Below are positions 44,769-54,183 of a stretch of DNA of 64,000 nucleotides, piece after piece. The translations under genes were made by a program, and so were the position numbers. How positions within the stretch are numbered: position 1 is the first letter of the stretch; the number at the start of each line of letters is the position of its first letter. Source of the stretch: Burkholderiales bacterium (lineage in GTDB: Bacteria; Pseudomonadota; Gammaproteobacteria; Burkholderiales; SG8-39); assembly GCA_036381055.1 (NCBI GenBank), contig DASVDO010000017.1, positions 20,025 through 84,024 of the forward strand, written 5' to 3'. The notes under the pieces were generated by a model. That model made no database searches and had not been told where the DNA came from. It worked only from the letters and a program-made list of their open reading frames with translations.

Positions 44769-46115
44769 CTATCGGGCGGTGACCTGCAGCGGCACGCCGC
44801 CGCGCGGCAGGAGCGTGACGCGCGCGATCGGGTAGGGGTCGCGGCCGGCCACGCAGGAGAAGCGCGCATGCTGCAGGAACGTGGCGAGCATCGCGGTCGC
44901 CTCGATCATCGCGAACGCCATGCCGATGCAGATGCGCGGGCCGCCGCCGAAAGGCAGGTACTGGAAGCGCTCGATGCGCGCCTCGTTGCGCGGCGAGAAG
45001 CGCTCCGGGTCGAAAACGTCCGGATCGCGCCAGCGCGCGGCGTGGCGGTGGATGGCGTAGATCGGCAGGACCGCCGACATGCCGCGGCGCAGCGGCACGC
45101 CGCCGAGGGTCGTGTCCTCGGCTGCCTGACGGCCCATCATCGGCACCGGCGGATAGAGGCGCATCGATTCCTTGAGCACCTGTTGCACCACCCCCAGGCG
45201 CTCGATGTGCTCCGGCTGGACCGGCGCGCTGCCGGCGACCGCGGCCACCTCGTCGGCGGCGCGCGCCTCCCACGCGGGAAAGCGCGCGAGCAGATACAGC
45301 GTCCAGGCGAGCGCGCGCGCCGTCGTCTCGTGGCCGGCGAGGTAGAACGTGAGCAGGTTGTCGACGAGCTGGCGCTCGTCCATCGTGCGGCCGCTGTCCG
45401 GGTCGCGCGCGAGCATCAGGCGATGCAGCAGGTCGTCGGGGCGCTCGCCCGCGGCGCGGCGCTGCGCGACCACCTCGTGCGTCGCGGCGCGCAGCACGCG
45501 CACGGCGCGCGCGGCCGAGAGCATGCCGGGCCGCGGCAGCCATCCCGGCAGTCCCATCGAGGCGTAGAGGATTCCCCAGCCGGCGGCGTGCTGGAAGGTG
45601 CCCATCGAGCGCTCGAACACCGGCGCCAGGCTGTCTTCCGCGGAAGGCAGCAGGGTGGACGAGATCACCTCGAAGGTGGCGCGCGTCATGTCTCGGTCGA
45701 TCGCCTGCACGCCGGGCGAAGCGCGCCAGCGCGCGACCACACGCATCGCCGCCCGCACGAACGCCGGCACCAGGCGCAGCAGGTCCGGCTGGCGGAAGGC
45801 CGGCGCGCTCGCCTGGCGCTGCCATTTCCACTCGGCGCCCTCGCTCGTCAGGATGCCGCGGCCGAGCAGCGGCCCGAGCAGGCGGATGGTCGAGAGCTTG
45901 CGGTAGCGGCTGCGCCCGTCGAGCAGCACCTCGCGGAGCAGCGCCGGCGCGGTGATCCACACCCGGCCGCCGTAGGCCACGGCGTCGCGCTGGTACACCT
46001 CGCGCGGTATCGCCTCGAGCGGGTTGCGCACGAACGCGGCCGTGAAAGCGAGCCGCCCGAGCGGCGCGGCAGGCGGCTCGACCCGGGGCGGCAGGCTGTC
46101 GGCTAGCGTAGCGAT
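44769..46115 (-). CDS. Cytochrome P450; start uncertain, ATC proposed
   Basis: LAGHETT I-helix, ESMR ExxR, FGGGPRICIG heme motif; first canonical in-frame start is GTG 46031. Confidence 0.9.
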   Translation of the reverse strand: MATLADSLPPRVEPPAAPLGRLAFTAAFVRNPLEAIPREVYQRDAVAYGGRVWITAPALLREVLLDGRSRYRKLSTIRLLGPLLGRGILTSEGAEWKWQRQASAPAFRQPDLLRLVPAFVRAAMRVVARWRASPGVQAIDRDMTRATFEVISSTLLPSAEDSLAPVFERSMGTFQHAAGWGILYASMGLPGWLPRPGMLSAARAVRVLRAATHEVVAQRRAAGERPDDLLHRLMLARDPDSGRTMDERQLVDNLLTFYLAGHETTARALAWTLYLLARFPAWEARAADEVAAVAGSAPVQPEHIERLGVVQQVLKESMRLYPPVPMMGRQAAEDTTLGGVPLRRGMSAVLPIYAIHRHAARWRDPDVFDPERFSPRNEARIERFQYLPFGGGPRICIGMAFAMIEATAMLATFLQHARFSCVAGRDPYPIARVTLLPRGGVPLQVTAR

Positions 46116-46594
46116 GACTCGAGCAGCTCCAGGGCGTGCAGCGCGAAAGCGTGCATGTTGGCTTGCCGGTCGGCGCTCGCGGTGCGAACCGTGTGTGCCC
46201 GGTCGACAGCGCCGTGTACCGCGAGGCAGGCATGTCCGGCAGGATCGCCGTAGCGGTTGCCGGACGGTCCGGCGGCGCCCGTCTCGGCGAGTCCCCAGCT
46301 CGCGCCGAGCCGCTCGCGCACTCGGCGGGCGAGCAGCCGCGCCATCGGCTCGGTGGCCGAGCGCATGCCTTCGATCTCGGAAGGCTGGATACCGAGCAGC
46401 GCTTCGCGGCTTGCCGCCGTGTAGATGACCGCGCCGCCGAGGTAGTAGGCCGATGCCCCAGGAACACCGACCAGCGCCGCGTTGATCAGGCCGCCGGCCG
46501 AGGACTCGGCGACGGCGAGCGTTTCTCCGCGGCGCTTCAGCAGCTGCGCCACGGCCGCGGCGAGCGCGGCCAGGCTGTGCGACGGACCGCCCAT
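46103..46594 (-). CDS. CinA C-terminal family (nicotinamide-nucleotide amidohydrolase-like)
   Basis: LAVAESSAGG, PGASAYYLGG.V.Y, ETGAAGP.G. Confidence 0.85.
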   Translation of the reverse strand: MGGPSHSLAALAAAVAQLLKRRGETLAVAESSAGGLINAALVGVPGASAYYLGGAVIYTAASREALLGIQPSEIEGMRSATEPMARLLARRVRERLGASWGLAETGAAGPSGNRYGDPAGHACLAVHGAVDRAHTVRTASADRQANMHAFALHALELLESSLR

Positions 46595-46624
46595 GGGCGG
46601 CACCGATTATGGCCCAAGCCGGGC

Positions 46625-48499
46625 TCAGGCGGCCTGGCTGAGCGGCGCCGGCGAGAGCGACCCGGCCGGCTCGTGGCCGAGGAAGCCGCCCGACTGGTGG
46701 CGCCAGAGCTTCTCGTAGTGTCCGCCGAGGCGCAGCAGCTCGGCGTGCGAGCCGGTCTCGACGATGCGGCCCTGCTCGAGCACCACCAGGCGGTCCATGC
46801 GCGCGATGGTGGAGAGGCGGTGGGCGATGGCGATCACCGTCTTGCCCGCCATCAGCTCGAGCAGCTCCTCCTGGATCGCCAGCTCGACCTCGCTGTCGAG
46901 CGCCGAGGTGGCTTCGTCGAGCACCAGGATCGGCGCATCCTTCAGCAGCACGCGCGCGAGCGCGATGCGCTGGCGCTGCCCGCCGGAGAGCTTCACCCCG
47001 CGCTCGCCGACGTGCGCGGCGTAGCCGAGGTTGCCTTTCCAGTCTCTCAGGCCGACGATGAAGTCGTGCGCCTGCGCCTTGCGCGCCGCCGCCTCGACCT
47101 CGGCGTCGCTCGCTGCGGGGCGCCCGTAGCGGATATTGGCGGCGATCGAGCGGTGCAGCAGCGACGTGTCCTGCGTCACCATGCCGATCGCCGCGCGCAG
47201 GCTCTCCCGGGTGACCTGCGCGACGTCCTGGCCGTCGATCAGGATGCGCCCGCGCTCCGGGTCGAAGAAGCGCAGCAGCAGGTTGACCAGCGTCGACTTG
47301 CCGGCGCCCGAGCGTCCGACCAGGCCGATCCGCTCGCCGGGCTTCACGGTGAAGGTGAGGTCGTCGAGCACCGGCGGCGCGTCGCGCCGGCCGTAGGCGA
47401 AGGTCACGTTCTCGAAGCGGATCTCGCCGTGCGACACCTCGAGCGGCCGCGCATCGGGCCGGTCGACGTGGCTGTGCGGCACGGCGATCGACTGCATGCC
47501 CTCCTGCACCACGCCGATGTTCTCGAAGATGCCGGTCACCTCCCAGCTCACCCAGCCCGACACGTTGGCGACCTGCCAGGTGAGCGGCAGCGCGGTGGCG
47601 ACCGCGCCGGCGCCGATCGCGCCGCTCGCCCAGAGCGCGATGCCGATCGCCGCCGTGGCGACCAGCAGCACGGCGTTCATCAGCGTGAGCGAGAAATGGA
47701 AGCGGGTGAGGAGGCGCATGTGGCGTCCCATCGCCTGCTGGTGCTCGTCGATGCTCTCGCGCACGTAGGCGTCCTCGTCGGCGAGCCGGGCGAACAGCTT
47801 GACCGTCAGGACGTTGGTGTAGCTGTCGACCACGCGCGCCATGACGAGCGAGCGCACCTCCGAGCTCGCCTTGGCGAGGTCGCGCATGCGCGGCACGAAG
47901 TGGCGCAGGAAGAACAGGTAGGCGAAGAACCAGAGCAGCGTCGGCGCCGCGAGGCGCCAGTCGAGCGCCGCCATCAGGCCGAGCGCGCTCGCGCCGTAGG
48001 CGCCGATGTAGAACACCGCGCGGATGCTCGCCATCGTGCTCTCGCGCAGCGCGTGCGCCGTCGTCATCACGCGGTTGGCGATGCGCCCGGCGAAGTCGTT
48101 CTGGAAGAACGGCCAGCTCTGGCGGATGACGTGCCAGTGGCTCTGCCAGCGGATGAGCGAGGTCGCCCCCGGGATCAGCGCGTTGTGCCGGATCGCCACG
48201 TCGCAGAGCAGCGCGAGCGGCCGCACCCCCAGCACCAGCGCCGCCATGCCGGCGAGCAGGGGCCACTCGTCGTGGAGCGCGCGCACGCGGTCGGTCGCCT
48301 CCATCAGCGAGACCAGGCGGCCGATGAAGAGCGGGATCACCGTGTCGAGCAGCGCCACGGCGAGGCTCGCGGCAAAGAGCGCCGCGAACCACCCCTTGGC
48401 CTGGCCGATGAAGTGCCAGTAGAAGGCGAGCAGGCCCTGCGGCGGCGCGCCCGGCCCTGGGCTCGCCGTGCCCCGGATGCTTCCCTGGAAAAGCTTCAA
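46625..48499 (-). CDS. ABC exporter, fused permease/ATP-binding (MsbA-like)
   Basis: FFQNDFAGRIAN, GRSGAGKST, LSGGQRQR, LDEATSALD, IAHRLST; TTG start inferred. Confidence 0.9.
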   Translation of the reverse strand: MKLFQGSIRGTASPGPGAPPQGLLAFYWHFIGQAKGWFAALFAASLAVALLDTVIPLFIGRLVSLMEATDRVRALHDEWPLLAGMAALVLGVRPLALLCDVAIRHNALIPGATSLIRWQSHWHVIRQSWPFFQNDFAGRIANRVMTTAHALRESTMASIRAVFYIGAYGASALGLMAALDWRLAAPTLLWFFAYLFFLRHFVPRMRDLAKASSEVRSLVMARVVDSYTNVLTVKLFARLADEDAYVRESIDEHQQAMGRHMRLLTRFHFSLTLMNAVLLVATAAIGIALWASGAIGAGAVATALPLTWQVANVSGWVSWEVTGIFENIGVVQEGMQSIAVPHSHVDRPDARPLEVSHGEIRFENVTFAYGRRDAPPVLDDLTFTVKPGERIGLVGRSGAGKSTLVNLLLRFFDPERGRILIDGQDVAQVTRESLRAAIGMVTQDTSLLHRSIAANIRYGRPAASDAEVEAAARKAQAHDFIVGLRDWKGNLGYAAHVGERGVKLSGGQRQRIALARVLLKDAPILVLDEATSALDSEVELAIQEELLELMAGKTVIAIAHRLSTIARMDRLVVLEQGRIVETGSHAELLRLGGHYEKLWRHQSGGFLGHEPAGSLSPAPLSQAA

Positions 48500-48641
48500 G
48501 ACTTTCTCTTTCTTCCCACGGCGACGATACCAGAAAGGCACAGGGCGTCGCCGGGTGCGAGCGCCCTGCGCGCAGGCGGCTACGCGCTATCCGACGAACG
48601 GGCGCACCGCCCGATGCCCGGTGCCGGGGCCTGCGCTCGGC

Positions 48642-49409
48642 TTACGGAACGACGATCGATAGGTCGCCGAGACGGGAGAAGCGCGCCTCGACGCGATCCG
48701 CGGCAGCGACCGCGGCGTTGGCGAGGATCGAGCCCGTCATGACCACCATGCCTGCCCTGAGCGATTGCCCGACGCGGGCAAGCTGGTTGGCGACGAACGC
48801 GACCGCACGCAGGGGATGACCGAGCACTTCTATCGCGGTCGCGGAGCCGCGGACCTCGCCGTTCACCGAGAGCACGACGCCTTCGCTGCGCAGATCGAGG
48901 CCGTGCAGCGGCTTCAGGGTTTCGCCGAAGGCGAAGGCACCCGCGAAATTGCTCGCCACGATGCGCGCCGGGTGGCTCGGTCTGGGCCCCTCGCGCATCG
49001 ACAGGATCTCGAACGCCGGGAAGGCGCCCTCGACGGCGGCGTGCGCGTCGATCAGGTTCACGCCCGGCCCGGAGAGATCCTTGCCGACGAGGACGCCGAT
49101 CTCGGCCTCGATCGCGCGCCTGCCGGCGATGGCGGGAACGCGTTCGCCCAGCACGCGCGAGCGCATGATGCAGCCCATGATCGGGCCCTCGACGTGCTCG
49201 TCCTTGCGCACGGCGAGGCTCGAGCCGGCGACCTTGTAGCCCGCCAGCGCATCGCCTGCGGCGACGCGGCGACGGACCAGCTCGGCGCGCGCGGCGTAAG
49301 CCTGGTCGTCGGAAAAATCCGGCACGCGGCCGACGACGTCCTCGAACGGCGCGCCGCCGAAGATCTGCGCCTCGAGCCAGTCCAGCAACGGCTTCGGCGG
49401 CGAGCTCAA
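48642..49409 (-). CDS. 2-keto-4-pentenoate hydratase / FAH superfamily (MhpD-like)
   Basis: GYKVAGSS, EAEIG, PAFEI, LGHPLRAV, VMTGS; TTGA overlap. Confidence 0.85.
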   Translation of the reverse strand: MSSPPKPLLDWLEAQIFGGAPFEDVVGRVPDFSDDQAYAARAELVRRRVAAGDALAGYKVAGSSLAVRKDEHVEGPIMGCIMRSRVLGERVPAIAGRRAIEAEIGVLVGKDLSGPGVNLIDAHAAVEGAFPAFEILSMREGPRPSHPARIVASNFAGAFAFGETLKPLHGLDLRSEGVVLSVNGEVRGSATAIEVLGHPLRAVAFVANQLARVGQSLRAGMVVMTGSILANAAVAAADRVEARFSRLGDLSIVVP

Positions 49410-50173
49410 CGGAATCGCGCTCGTACGCGGCCGAGGCGGGTGAACTCGACCTCGACCGCGTCTCCGGGGGCGACCGGCACGGCCTGCACGATCGATCCGG
49501 TCATGACGATCATCCCCGCTTCGAGCTTCGTGTCGAAGCGGGCCAGTATGTTGGCGATCTCGGCGACGACGTTGATCGGGTCGCCGAGCACTTCCACGCC
49601 GGTGCCGGAGCCGCGCGGCTCGCCGTTCAGGCGGATCACCGCGCCCTCGACCCGAAGATCGATGCCCGGCGCGCTCATCGGGCTGCCGATGACGATGCCC
49701 CCGGTGGACTTGTGGATGGCGATGCCCATCTGCCTGCTGCGCTGCTTGCCGCCGACCGACCAGTCGGCGAACTCGATCGACGGAAACAGGCCGCCGATCG
49801 CCGAGCGCGCCTGCAGGGGCGTGACCCCCGGGCCGGCGAGATCCCTGGCGAGGAGCACGGTCACTTCGGGCTCCGCGATGGTGTGTATCCCGGGCTTGAG
49901 CCGGATCGGCTCGTCCTCGGCATGCAGCCCGGATTGCATCAGGCAGCCGATGATCGGCTCGTCCATGCCGTTCGCCTTCTGCATCGCCTTGCTGGTGTAG
50001 GCGGCCTTGTAGCCGATCAGGCGGTCGCCGCGCGCGCTCTTGCGCCTCGCGAGCGCCAGCATGAGGCGATACGCGTCGTCGATCGTGATGCCCGGCACCT
50101 TCTCGACGATGTCGGTGTAGGGCTCGCTGCCGGCGATCTGGCGCTCGAGGTAGTCGAGAATCTCTTCGCTCAC
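49406..50173 (-). CDS. 2-keto-4-pentenoate hydratase / FAH superfamily paralog
   Basis: DDAYRL, GYKAAYTS, AEPEV, PSIE, LGDPIN, VMTGS. Confidence 0.85.
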   Translation of the reverse strand: MSEEILDYLERQIAGSEPYTDIVEKVPGITIDDAYRLMLALARRKSARGDRLIGYKAAYTSKAMQKANGMDEPIIGCLMQSGLHAEDEPIRLKPGIHTIAEPEVTVLLARDLAGPGVTPLQARSAIGGLFPSIEFADWSVGGKQRSRQMGIAIHKSTGGIVIGSPMSAPGIDLRVEGAVIRLNGEPRGSGTGVEVLGDPINVVAEIANILARFDTKLEAGMIVMTGSIVQAVPVAPGDAVEVEFTRLGRVRARFR

Positions 50174-50176
50174 CGC

Positions 50177-50914
50177 TTACCCTTTCAGCTGTCGGCCGAA
50201 CATCGCGAAAATCTTCTCCCAGGAGCGCTCGGCCGCCCGCTCCTGGTAGACCTCACGCCCCGGGAACGAGTACCCGTGGTGGGCTCCCTCGTGGATCTCG
50301 GCTTCCCAGCGCGCCTTACAGTGCTTCTTCAGCAGGTCGATGAACTCGTGCGCTTGCGGCAACGGCAGCGCGTAGTCGTGCTCGGCGAAACCGAAGTAGA
50401 TCTCGCCGCGCAGCCGGTCGAGCAGCTTGTGCGGCGAATCCTCGGCGTCCGTGATCATGCGCGTGCCGAACAGCGAGCCGTTGGCGACGAAGACGTCGGG
50501 GAAGAAGGCCCCCGCCTGCACCGAAAAGCGCCCTCCCATGCAGAATCCGACGGTCCCCTTGGCCCCCTTTCGCGCGAACGGGTCCTTTTCGAGGTGCTCG
50601 AGCACTGCGCGGGTGTCGGCCATCACCCCCGTGTCGGTCAGGCTATCGAGGATTACCTTGCGGAGCGCCATGACGTGCGGATGCTTGTTGTCCGGGTCGA
50701 TGACGATCCTGCCGAGCCGGTAGTACAGATCGGGCAGGGCGCAGTAATACCCGTTAGCGGCCACCCTGCGGGCAAGGTCCATCAGCACGGGGCTCAGGCC
50801 ACCCACGTTCTGGTACATCAGGACGACCGGAAACGGGCCCTTGCCGTCCGGGCGGGCGACGAAGACGGGCATCACACCGTCCGGGGTCTTTACCTCCGCG
50901 AATTGCTCTTGCAT
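50177..50914 (-). CDS. Dienelactone hydrolase family protein
   Basis: ALPDLYYR, VGFCMGG nucleophile, AHHGY..PGR. Confidence 0.9.
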   Translation of the reverse strand: MQEQFAEVKTPDGVMPVFVARPDGKGPFPVVLMYQNVGGLSPVLMDLARRVAANGYYCALPDLYYRLGRIVIDPDNKHPHVMALRKVILDSLTDTGVMADTRAVLEHLEKDPFARKGAKGTVGFCMGGRFSVQAGAFFPDVFVANGSLFGTRMITDAEDSPHKLLDRLRGEIYFGFAEHDYALPLPQAHEFIDLLKKHCKARWEAEIHEGAHHGYSFPGREVYQERAAERSWEKIFAMFGRQLKG

Positions 50915-50926
50915 CCGCCCGGCTCC

Positions 50927-51886
50927 CTATTCGTGCTTGATGCCGGCATCGCGCACGACGGCGGCCCACTTATCCAGCTCTTCGTTCACGAATCGAGCGA
51001 AGTCCTCGGGCTTGCCGCCCACGGGCTCGAAGCCGTACTTGGCCAGGCTTTGGCGCGTCTCCTCGGAGGCGAGGATGGCGTCGATCTCGCGGTTGAGCAG
51101 CGCCACCGTTCCGGGTGGCGTGCGCGCCGGTGCAAGGATTCCCGACCACAGCGTGACGTCGAACCCCGGCACCGTCTCGGCAATCGCCGGCACGTCAGGG
51201 GCGGCGGCGGCGCGCTTGGCGGTGCTCACCCCGAGCGCCCGCAGCTTGCCGGTCGCCATGTGGGGAAGGGCGTTGGAGATCGGATTCAGCATGACCTGGA
51301 TACGGCCGGCGAGAAGGTCGGTCGTGGCCGGCGCCGCGCCCTTGTAAGGCACGTGATTCATGCGTACGCCGGCGCTCCGGGCGAGGAGCTCCATGCCAAG
51401 ATGGTTCGAGCTGGCGAGGCCCGCCGAGCCATAGTTGATCTGCCCGGGACGCGAGCGAGCGAGCTCGAGAAGCTCCTTGACGTTCTTCGCAGGCACCGAC
51501 GGATGGGCGGCCAGGACCATCGCGCCGGCCGCCGTATAGACGACCGGCGCGAAGTCCTTCCGCGGGTCGTAGGGCAGCGCCTTGTTCAGGCTGGGAACGG
51601 TGGCGAAGCCGATCGACACGAGGATCAGGGTATGTCCGTCCGGCTCGGCGCTCGCCACGGCGTTGGTCGCCAGGACACCGTCCGCGCCGGGACGGTTCTC
51701 CACGACCACGGACTGCTTGAGCCGCTCGGAGAGCTTCTGGGCGATCAGCCGCGCCTGGATGTCGATCGGGCCGCCCGGCGGGAAGCCGACCAGGAGGCGC
51801 ACCGGCCGGGTCGGGAACTCCGCAGCCTGGGCGGCGGCGCAGGCTGCGAATGCGAGCGTAGCGAACAGCGCGAAGATTTTCTTCAC
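50927..51886 (-). CDS. Bug/TctC substrate-binding protein
   Basis: GTG with GGAGG SD; FPTRPVRLLVGFPPGG, VPYKGAAPA..DLLAGRI. Confidence 0.9.
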   Translation of the reverse strand: MKKIFALFATLAFAACAAAQAAEFPTRPVRLLVGFPPGGPIDIQARLIAQKLSERLKQSVVVENRPGADGVLATNAVASAEPDGHTLILVSIGFATVPSLNKALPYDPRKDFAPVVYTAAGAMVLAAHPSVPAKNVKELLELARSRPGQINYGSAGLASSNHLGMELLARSAGVRMNHVPYKGAAPATTDLLAGRIQVMLNPISNALPHMATGKLRALGVSTAKRAAAAPDVPAIAETVPGFDVTLWSGILAPARTPPGTVALLNREIDAILASEETRQSLAKYGFEPVGGKPEDFARFVNEELDKWAAVVRDAGIKHE

Positions 51887-51894
51887 GGGACCTC

Positions 51895-52857
51895 CTATTC
51901 GATCTGGATGCCGAGCGCGCGGGTCATCTCGCCCCACTGCCCGACGTACGTGTGGATGAATTGCCGGAATTCGTCCGGCGTGCTCGACGCCTGGGGTATC
52001 GCACCCAGGGCGCGTATGCGTCGCTGGTATTCCTCCGAGCGCACTGCCGCGGTGAGCGCCTTGCCGAGCTTGTCGACTATCGCGGCCGGCGTGCCGGCCG
52101 GCGCGCACAGGCCGAGCCACGAACCGTTGACTACCGGGTAGCCCTGCTCGGTGAGGGTCGGCACGTCCGGAAGGAGCGATACCCTTTCGGCCGTCGCTAC
52201 GCCGAGGATCTTCAGCTTGCCGGCGCTGTGATAGCGGGCGGAGTTGCCGATGGCGTCGAACATGACGTGGATGCGGCCCGCCATCAGGTCCTGGATTGCC
52301 GCGGCGAGGCCGGTCTTGTACGGGACGGGCACCATCTCGATCCCCGCCATGCGAAGGAACCAGCGGCCGATGATCTCCTCGACCGAGGCGGGACCGAGGC
52401 TGCCGAGATTGAGCTCGCCCGGATGCGCCTTGGCGTAGTCCACCAGCTCGCGCGCCGACGCGACCGGCAAGCCGGGCGTGACGCTCATGACGAACGGGTT
52501 GAGGGCGATCAGGGTGAGCGGCGTGAAATCGTCGACCCGGAAGGCCGACCCGGTGCCGAGCGCGGCGGTAAGCATCGTGCTGCTCGTGCACTCGAAGAGT
52601 GTGTAGCCGTCCTTGGGCGCCCGGGCGACCTGCATGGCGGCCACCTTGGTCGCCGCGCCGGGCCGGTTCTCGACGACGATCCGGCCGCCCAGCGGCTCGG
52701 CGGCGAGCTCCGCCACCAGTCGGGCAGCGGTATCGGCGGGGCCGCCCGGCCCGTACGGCACGACCAGCGTTACCGGCTTGACGGGATAGGACTCGGCGAG
52801 CGCGCCCGCGCTGGCCACGAGCAGGGCGGCGCCGAAAGCTGCAGCTGTGGGATGCAT
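51895..52857 (-). CDS. Bug/TctC substrate-binding protein
   Basis: YPVKPVTLVVPYGPGG..D, VENRPGA, LLPDVPTL.E.G. Confidence 0.9.
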   Translation of the reverse strand: MHPTAAAFGAALLVASAGALAESYPVKPVTLVVPYGPGGPADTAARLVAELAAEPLGGRIVVENRPGAATKVAAMQVARAPKDGYTLFECTSSTMLTAALGTGSAFRVDDFTPLTLIALNPFVMSVTPGLPVASARELVDYAKAHPGELNLGSLGPASVEEIIGRWFLRMAGIEMVPVPYKTGLAAAIQDLMAGRIHVMFDAIGNSARYHSAGKLKILGVATAERVSLLPDVPTLTEQGYPVVNGSWLGLCAPAGTPAAIVDKLGKALTAAVRSEEYQRRIRALGAIPQASSTPDEFRQFIHTYVGQWGEMTRALGIQIE

Positions 52858-52877
52858 GAACAAAACCTCCTTGTTCC

Positions 52878-52900
52878 CTTGTTGCGCTATTCGCAACAAG
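52878..52900. promoter_or_regulatory. Operator candidate for the divergent IclR regulator
   Basis: CTTGTTGCG-CTATT-CGCAACAAG perfect 9-bp inverted repeat in the AT-rich divergent gap. Confidence 0.6.
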
Positions 52901-52919
52901 TCGCTCTAATCAACTTAGC

Positions 52920-53714
52920 ATGGCCAAAGGAGGTGCTTCGCGATACGGCATTCGCTCGGCGAGCCTGACGCTCGGCATCCTCGAGCAGCTCGCGCGCTCG
53001 CCGTTTCAGCAGGGCATCACGGAGCTGGCGCGCGCGCTCGGCACGAGCAAGTGGCGGCTGTTCCGGCACGTGCACTCGCTGCGCGAGGCGGGATACGTGA
53101 TTCAGGATCCGCGCACCGAGCGCTTCGAGCTCGGCACGCGCTTCTATGCCTTGACCCGGGCGATTCCCCGGCGCTTCGCGTTCGCCGATTTCGCCCGGCC
53201 GGCGATGGTGGAGCTACAGCGGGAAATCGGCCATACCGTGGTCATCGCGGCCCTGGTGCACGACCGCATGGTCGTGCTCGATACCGTCGCGGGCGAGGGC
53301 AACGAGCGCCTCGTCATCGCGCACGGCAAGCCGCACGATCTGCACGCGTCCGCCCACGGCAAGGTGGCGCTGGCGTTCGGCCCGCCGGGCCTCCTCGACG
53401 CGGTGACGGCGGCGCCGCTGCGCCGCTATACCGCCTACACGATCACCGATCCGGATCGCCTGCGCCGCGTTGTCGCGCAGGTGCGACAGCGCGGCTGGGC
53501 ATCGGCTTTCGAGGAGGGCCCGCGCACCGGCATGAACACGATCGCCGCGCCGCTCTTCGGCGCGGGCGGCCGGTTCGAGGGGAGCATGGGCTTCATCGTG
53601 CCCGGGGCTGCGCGCATCGTGCGCTCGCGGCTGTTCGAGGGCGACGTGGAGGCCCTGACCGCCGCGGCCCGGAAGGTGTCGGCGCGGCTCGGCTACCGCA
53701 GGCGTGCAGGCTAG
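52920..53714 (+). CDS. IclR family transcriptional regulator
   Basis: N-terminal HTH ([13 protein letters not shown]), [25 protein letters not shown]. Confidence 0.9.
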   Translation: MAKGGASRYGIRSASLTLGILEQLARSPFQQGITELARALGTSKWRLFRHVHSLREAGYVIQDPRTERFELGTRFYALTRAIPRRFAFADFARPAMVELQREIGHTVVIAALVHDRMVVLDTVAGEGNERLVIAHGKPHDLHASAHGKVALAFGPPGLLDAVTAAPLRRYTAYTITDPDRLRRVVAQVRQRGWASAFEEGPRTGMNTIAAPLFGAGGRFEGSMGFIVPGAARIVRSRLFEGDVEALTAAARKVSARLGYRRRAG

Positions 53715-53980
53715 CGCTTGCGGTAGGTCGGCCGACGCGTCGCGGTCGGCGGCGGCGTCTCGTCCTTGTAGCGGTAGCTGATGCGCGCGCGCGTCAGATC
53801 GTAGGGCGACATCTCGAGCGCCACCTTGTCGCCGGCGAGCACGCGGATGCGGTACTTGCGCACCTTGCCCGAGGCGTAGGCGAGCACGCTCGCGCCGTTC
53901 GACAGCAGCACCCGGAACTGGGTATTGGGCAGGATTTCCTGGACCACGCCGTCCAGGGTCAGCATCGCTTCCTTGCTCAT
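53711..53980 (-). CDS. infA: Translation initiation factor IF-1 (stand-alone copy with C-terminal extension)
   Basis: MSKE....DGVV.E.LPN..FRV.L.NG....[33 protein letters not shown]. Confidence 0.95.
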   Translation of the reverse strand: MSKEAMLTLDGVVQEILPNTQFRVLLSNGASVLAYASGKVRKYRIRVLAGDKVALEMSPYDLTRARISYRYKDETPPPTATRRPTYRKR

Positions 53981-54006
53981 GAAAGATCGACCTTGCCAAG
54001 GCTCAT
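53977..54006 (-). other. Candidate micro-uORF 2 (MSLGKVDLS)
   Basis: AAGGAG 6 nt before ATG; its TGA overlaps the infA ATG (ATGA). Confidence 0.5.
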
Positions 54007-54023
54007 GAATGGCTCCTTCGCAT
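54003..54023 (-). other. Candidate micro-uORF 1 (MRRSHS)
   Basis: Its TGA overlaps the ATG of uORF 2 (ATGA). Confidence 0.35.
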
Positions 54024-54183
54024 GAATGGGAAAATGACGCGCGCCGCTTGGCGGCGGCTCGAGCTGCGAGACTTGCTGCACCCTCTTATACAGGGTTAGC
54101 GCGCCGAGGTCCAACAATTTGATACAGACAGTAATAAGCCGGATGCCTACCATGCGCGCGAAACCGTCCGCTGGAGAACGGCA

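Noticed and set aside
48541-48568. CAGGGCG-TCGC...GCGA-G-CGCCCTG hairpin upstream of the ABC exporter
   Set aside because: No U-tract, no similarity to the REP family, single copy; GC-rich hairpins of this size are expected by chance.
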